A stretch of DNA of 37,043 nucleotides from Tubiluchus corallicola (Eukaryota > Animalia > Priapulida). Positions within the stretch are counted from its first letter, which is position 1. Each line of letters opens with the position of its first letter. Location of the stretch: positions 1-37,043 of the forward strand of contig JAQGDQ010001510.1 of NCBI GenBank assembly GCA_030141605.1. The letters are read 5' to 3'. The position numbers and the translations under genes were made by a program. A model generated the notes under the pieces. The model searched no databases. It was not told where the DNA came from and saw only the letters and a program-made list of their open reading frames with translations. Shown here in pieces: positions 23,496-37,043 of this stretch.

Positions 23496-24845
23496 AACTT
23501 ATAATCCTGGCCTGGATATGCCATATACAACTTATAATCCTGGCCTGGTTATGCCATATACAACTTATAATCCTGGCCTGGTTATGCCATACACAACTTA
23601 TAATCCTGGCCTGGTTATGCCATACACAACTTATAATTCTGGCCTGGTTATGCCATACACAACTTATAATCCTGGCCTGGTTATGTCATACACAACTTTA
23701 GTCCTGCCCTGGTTATGCCATACACAATTTATAATCCTGGCCTGGTTATGCCATACACAACTTATAACCCTGGTCTGGATATGCCATACACGACTTATAA
23801 TCCTGGCCTGGATATGCCATACACAATTTCTAACCCTGGCCTGGATATGCCATACACAACTCTAATCTTGGCCTGGTTATGCCATACACAACTTATAACC
23901 CTGGTCTGGATATGCCATACACGACTTATAATCCTGGCCTGGATATGCCATACACAATTTCTAACCCTGGCCTGGATATGCCATACACAACTCTAATCTT
24001 GGCCTGGTTATGCCATACACAACTTATAACCCTGGTCTGGATATGCCATACACGACTTATAATCCTGGCCTGGATATGCCATACACAATTTCTAACCCTG
24101 GCCTGGATATGCCATACACAACTCTAATCTTGGCCTGGTTATGCCATACACAACTTATAACCCTGGTCTGGATATGCCATACACGACTTATAATCCTGGC
24201 CTGGATATGCCATACACAATTTCTAACCCTGGCCTGGATATGCCATACACAACTCTAATCTTGGCCTGGTTATGCCATACACAACTTATAACCCTGGTCT
24301 GGATATGCCATACACGACTTATAATCCTGGCCTGGATATGCCATACACAATTTCTAACCCTGGCCTGGATATGCCATACACAACTCTAATCTTGGCCTGG
24401 TTATGCCATACACAACTTATAACCCTGGTCTGGATATGCCATACACGACTTATAATCCTGGCCTGGATATGCCATACACAATTTCTAACCCTGGCCTGGA
24501 TATGCCATACACAACTCTAATCTTGGCCTGGTTATGCCATACACAACTTATAACCCTGGTCTGGATATGCCATACACGACTTATAATCCTGGCCTGGATA
24601 TGCCATACACAATTTCTAACGCTGGCCTGGATATGCCATACACAACTCTAATCTTGGCCTGGTTATGCCATACACAACTTATAACCCTGGTCTGGATATG
24701 CCATACACAACTTATAATTCTTGCCTGGTTATGCCATACACAACTTATAATTCTTGCCTGGTTATCCCATACACAACTTATAACCCTGGCCTGGTTATGC
24801 CATACACAATTTATAATTCTTGCCTGGTTATCCCATACACAACTT
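23496..24845 (+). repeat. 33-bp minisatellite (~41 monomers) with a 131-bp four-monomer higher-order repeat
   Basis: Near-identical ORFs start every 131 bp (23879, 24010, 24141, 24272, 24403, 24534, 24665). Confidence 0.97.
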
Positions 24846-24878
24846 CCCTGGAAATGCCATAGTGCCATAATTTATAAT

Positions 24879-25172
24879 CAAGGCTGGTATTAAGGCAGTT
24901 AGACAGATTTGTTTAAATTGGGTCCTGTGTCAAAAGGAGCCCCTCGCAAATGCTCTAGCCGGGGACGGTATGATGAATTAACGAGTGTCCAGTGTGCACG
25001 AAGTTTCTTGATACTGTGAAAACAGTGAATCGTATATCTATGTTTTAATGTGTTTTTGCTGATCGTTTGTCTATTAAAAAAGGTAATTGGCGAGTTCTAT
25101 CAGCTTTTGTGGGGTAAAGTGCCCCACTAAGGATTCTCTAATTGCGCCCTGCATATCCTAGCATCGGCCATG
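24879..25172. mobile_element. hAT-like MITE with an 8-bp TSD
   Basis: TTTATAAT|CAAGGCTGGTATTAAGG ... CCTAGCATCGGCCATG|TTTATAAT, with degenerate TIRs. Confidence 0.65.
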
Positions 25173-25813
25173 TTTATAATGCTATTTGCGATGCAGTCCT
25201 GGATATGCCGTAGCAGTGTCATTCATTTGTCAAAGCAGCTGCAACCTGTTCCTAGATCAGCCATCACAGCTCTATGCGTTCGGGGAGCAAGCTTTGCTAG
25301 CATTCAATGCAATGCGCTGAATATAAACTAGCCGCCCTTTCACGTGATCTCTCTTTCGCTTCCCTTCCTGCTCCCTCGAGGAACGATGTTTTCAACGTGT
25401 GGAGAGGTCGTGTGTTGCATTAATAAATGTTATTCCTGATGTAAAGTGAAGTAGTTATTGACGTGTTACGGATAGAAACATCATGAAATGAAATGACATC
25501 GACTACATCAATACATGTTTGTTGATAATTAGTACGTGTCTGATACACAATGTATACAAACAAACAATGTAAACGACATCATGCACCAAGCACCAACATT
25601 TTGTTTTTGATAAAATCAAAATATGTACAAAATAAAATGAACAACTTAACGTAAAACTACCGTTAATCAAGAAACTGTACATGGCAGTGCGTATGATAAA
25701 AGCCAGCAAAATAGGCAATAAACAAAAAAATAATAATATCATGATAAAACTTGCATCCTGTAGGTTTGCTTTACAAACCTAGAAAAATACAATATAATAT
25801 CTAAAAAAATTCA

Positions 25814-33470
<7,657 letters not shown>

Positions 33471-33616
33471 CTAGAAAAATGATAAGCAAATTTTTAATAT
33501 GAAAAAAAGCCTGCCTGTTTGCTAAATTAGGTAGCAGTCGGAAAGTTTGGAAACCTCATGCAGAAAAATGCAGGAGCAGCACTAAATTAAGATTTTTAAG
33601 GCATACCGAGTGGAAA

Positions 33617-34032
33617 TGATAAAATTACATAGACACATGCAAGCTAGAAGAGGTTAAAGATATATTGAAAATAAGACTGAATATGATTAAAGTTAAAGAG
33701 AACTACAAAAATGAGTTTAAGGATCAGTTATTATGCCCAGTGTGTGGGGAAGATGATGATACTACTGAACATATGCTTAGATGTTACAGATATGGAGAAT
33801 GGAAAAAAATTTTGAACTCAGATATATTAATGAACAGTGAAAAGGAAGGATTGCTAGAAATTAGAAATCTAGTGAATGAATGCATGGAATACAGGATAAA
33901 GACAAATAAAGACATTAAACTTGGAAAAGACAACTAAAAGATCAGTGTTATAGAAGAATAGACTTTGCACCCTATAAAGGTGCCCGCCTCTGATAGGTGG
34001 AGAGAGTCGAGTATCGCAATCGCAATCGCAAT
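33617..34032 (+). mobile_element. 5'-truncated LINE 3' end with a C-terminal zinc-binding motif and (ATCGCA)n tail
   Basis: KIRLNMIKVKENYK...CPVCGEDDDTTEHMLRC (CxxC..H..C), a short 3' UTR, then ATCGCAATCGCAATCGCAAT. Confidence 0.75.
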
Positions 34033-34848
34033 GGAACCTTTATAACTTCACTTGTTTGTATAGTCATAAAAACATTCAAATCTTTTGCTTTAACCTTCAA
34101 ATAGTGGAATGTATAGATTCGTGTGACATTGAAAAGTATATTCATATCTGCAAATGTTATGAAGTTGTAGAATTACAACAAGTTTATCCACCAGGTATCC
34201 ATAAAGGGGATCCATAATGTGGAGAATCTTTGTTCGTATGGAGAATCATTTATCCACAGCAATTGCAAGAACTCCATACATATAATCATAGGAAGAAAGG
34301 GCACCTACATGCTGATGTAATTATGGCCTATATCATATGAGGAGGAATATTCAAACTTCTCGACAAATTTGCCAGACTCAAGATTCGTCAAGTGAGAATA
34401 GTGCCAGTTTGGAACTATCTGTGACATATTTATCCAATTCTACCAGTGTTTTACATCTTAAAAATGCAAATCTTAAACACTTGCAGAAGTCTGATGCAGT
34501 AATCCTGCGTTCTCTTTCCCTGAGGGGTCAGAGTAGTTGTTTGTCAACGGGTTTTTTGCTTTGATGTGAACATCGACTCCTGAAGACAACATAGGTAACA
34601 TAAGCAACTAAGCAAAAATTAACAGTGACCTTGAATTTCAAGTAGTGAATTAAAAAAACAATTTTGAGATTCATTAATTGTAAGTTAATGCTTTTCCAAA
34701 TGATGTTTATGAGAGGAGGACAAGAGATGAATTGATTGAAGGTTAAACGGACCAATTCTTCACCTTCACACAAGATGACACGTGGACATTAAGTAGTAAT
34801 TTCTCAAAACTGTAAAAGTTGTTTTATTCTTGAAACTGACTCACTGCA

Positions 34849-35214
34849 TGTTGTGGAGATCGCTGGCATCTATTGGAATTAGATAGAACATTGTAGAATG
34901 TTCCGTTAGAATAATCGTCTTGCTGTGTGGAACATTCTCGAACAAAACTTCTAGAAGCTTCTCGGGCACGCTATATAAGGCGAAGCAGGCCGCTGAGACG
35001 CACACGCTGATTCACACGGACGCCACTTACACATTCTCTTGTATACTTGTATATTTAGATACACGTAAATGTTTTCCATATTTTCACGTTTACTGTAATC
35101 ATTTCGCATTCCTTCATACTTTTGTGTTGTAGAATTCTCGCTTAATAAAGTAGTTAAATTTGAAGTGTTTTCTGATTTTCTCTACGAGCATTCCGAGAGA
35201 AACAAAACACAACA
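34849..35214 (+). mobile_element. Solo LTR, 366 bp (possibly BEL/Pao-type)
   Basis: TGTTGTG...CACAACA termini, near-perfect 5-bp TSD CTGCA/GTGCA, TATATAAG at ~34973 and AATAAA at ~35144. Confidence 0.78.
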
Positions 35215-35254
35215 GTGCAGTATTTTACTAACTAAACACAAATGTGTGAAACAC

Positions 35255-35440
35255 CCATAGCTTTAGTCAACTCAGACAATATTTAAGCCATAGCTTTACT
35301 TAACTCAGACAATATTTAAGCCATAGCTTTACTTAACTCAGACAATACTTAAGCCATAGTTTCACTCAACTCAGACAAAATAAGCCATAGTTTCACCCAA
35401 CTAGACAACAGCCATCTAAGCTATAAGCCACCCAACTCAG
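35255..35440 (+). repeat. 33-bp tandem array, ~5 degenerating copies
   Basis: CCATAG(C/T)TT at 35255, 35288, 35321, 35354 and ~35385. Confidence 0.88.
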
Positions 35441-35762
35441 AACATTCCATTACGCCACGCCCAGAGTACAAACATTCTCTCACCCCCCCCCCCCCACACA
35501 CACACACACACACGAACTTTGTACTTGTCAAAGAAAGATTAATTTTCATGTAATTACAGGTTGTACGGAAATCTCAGAACATTCCATTACGCCACGCTCA
35601 GAGTACGAACATTCTCTCACCCTCTCTCTCCCCCCCCCCACCCCCCACCCACACCCACACACTTTGTACTTGTCAAAGAAACATTAATTTTCATGTAATT
35701 ACAGGTTGTACGGAAATCTCAGAACATTCCATTACGCCACGCTCAGAGTACGAACATTCTCT
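35436..35762 (+). repeat. ~145-bp tandem duplication of a 3' splice site plus exon start, with C/CA tracts
   Basis: TTTTCATGTAATTACAG|GTTGTACGG at 35560 and 35705; CTCAGAACATTCCATTACGCCACGC occurs three times. Confidence 0.9.
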
Positions 35763-35876
35763 CTCCCACGAACAGCAGCTGCAGCTCAGATGAAAACCGA
35801 CAAAATGGTTCGTTCATCGGCCATTATTCTCCACCTCACTATACAAACAGAATACCAAAACCGTTGTCTCCAAATG
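35705..35876 (+). CDS. Orphan 172-nt internal exon, unassigned (possibly an N-terminal DYRK4 exon in inverted orientation)
   Basis: TTACAG|open frame VVRKSQNIPLRHAQSTNILSPTNSSCSSDENRQNGSFIGHYSPPHYTNRIPKPLSPN|G-GTAAGA; GC content is higher than the flanks. Confidence 0.55.
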
Positions 35877-36439
35877 GTAAGAATGCTCCGTATTTAATAA
35901 GAGTGAATTTGAGACTTGGCTGAGATAATCTCTGTTTCGTGTATCAGTGTAACGTCTTGGCAACATTTGTAACTTTGTTAGAAACTTTATAGAACATTTA
36001 ACATAAATCTTTCTTGCTTATTAATCTGTTTATGCACAAAGACTGCTGCCGTGATAAGTCTAGAGAATGTAACGCCACGTGGCTTGCCCGCTGAAAACAG
36101 TGATAGGAAACCTTAGTGAGCACAAACATTAAAATGTAAACCATAGATAAGAACACGTCACAATCAGTTCATCTGGTTTCTTATGCTACCATAAAACTAG
36201 TCAATTTCAAAATGTTTTCAGTCAGATATACAGTTAGTGCTTTTTGCATATGACAGTTGTTAGCAATTATTTTACTATACTGTTTAGGTATTGTTCAAAA
36301 TACTGTGTCAAGTCCCATCTAAGAATGTTATACATTCGCTGTAAAGGTGGTGTAATGCTGAATCCAGGTAAAAAAGTCTCAAGAGAAAAGCACACGAAAA
36401 AAGGAATAACCCTAACCCTCAAGTCCCTAAACAAAGTTA

Positions 36440-37030
36440 ATTGTGACTTTTTCCTAGTCAAAATTGTGACTTTTTCCTAACCAAAATTGTGACTTTTTCC
36501 TAGCAAAATTGTGACTTTTTCCTAGCCAAAACTGTGACTTTTTCCTAGCAAAAATTGTGACTTTTTCTTAGCGAAAATTGTGACTTTTTCCTAGCCAAAA
36601 TTGTGACTTTTTCCTAGTCAAAATTGTGACTTTTTCCTAACCAAAATTGTGACTTTTTCCTAGCAAAAATTGTGACTTTTTCCTAGCCAAAATTGTGACT
36701 TTTTCCTAGCAAAAATTGTGACTTTTTCCTAGCCAGATTTGTGACTTTTTCCTAGCCAAAATTGTGACTTTTCTTAGCCAATATTGTGACTTTTTCTTAG
36801 CCAAAATTGTGACTTTTTCCTAGCCAATATTGTGACTTTTTCCTAGCCAAAATTGTGACTTTTTCCTAGCCAAAATTGTGACTTTTTCCTAGCCAAAATT
36901 GTGACTTTTTCCTAGCCAAAATTGTGACTTTTTCCTAGCCAAAATTGTGACTTTTTCCTAGCAAAAATTGTGACTTTTTCCTAGCCAAAATTGTGACTTT
37001 TTCCTAGCCAAAATTGTGACTTTTTCCTAA
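36440..37030 (+). repeat. 23-bp tandem array, ~25 copies
   Basis: AAAATTGTGACTTTTTCCTAGCC repeated almost to the window end. Confidence 0.97.
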
Positions 37031-37043
37031 AGTGATAACGGTA

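Noticed and set aside
23453-24893. MPYTTYNPGL(D/V) and IILAWLCHTQL repeat proteins
   Set aside because: These come from a 33-bp minisatellite that frameshifts every 131 bp; there is no splice or domain context.

Overview
AT-rich, intron-rich animal (probably invertebrate) genomic DNA; no prokaryotic-type features were seen. Three spliced genes can be reconstructed by hand. (1) An M-Ras (MRAS) GTPase on the minus strand: four coding exons at 7491-3591, one GC-AG intron, and no convincing CaaX exon in the window. Its 5' ~2.2 kb is also present as an inverted, truncated copy at 1-2216. (2) A complete PSME3/PA28-gamma on the plus strand: 10 coding exons, 14669-23100, 241 aa. (3) The kinase-domain and C-terminal exons of a DYRK4-like kinase on the minus strand, 33470-25814. 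A further orphan plus-strand exon lies at 35705-35876. Introns carry MITEs (pogo/Tigger-like, hAT-like, piggyBac-like), LINE fragments and a solo LTR. About a fifth of the window is made of roughly a dozen mutually unrelated tandem arrays with 23-145 bp units. The most striking pattern is that three arrays are in-place amplifications of exon/intron junctions: 23 copies of a DYRK4 exon end plus 5' splice site, 3 copies of the MRAS exon-2 acceptor, and a duplicated acceptor of the orphan exon. Both apparent orientation switches in the window coincide with such acceptor duplications. All coordinates were read by eye; no searches were run.
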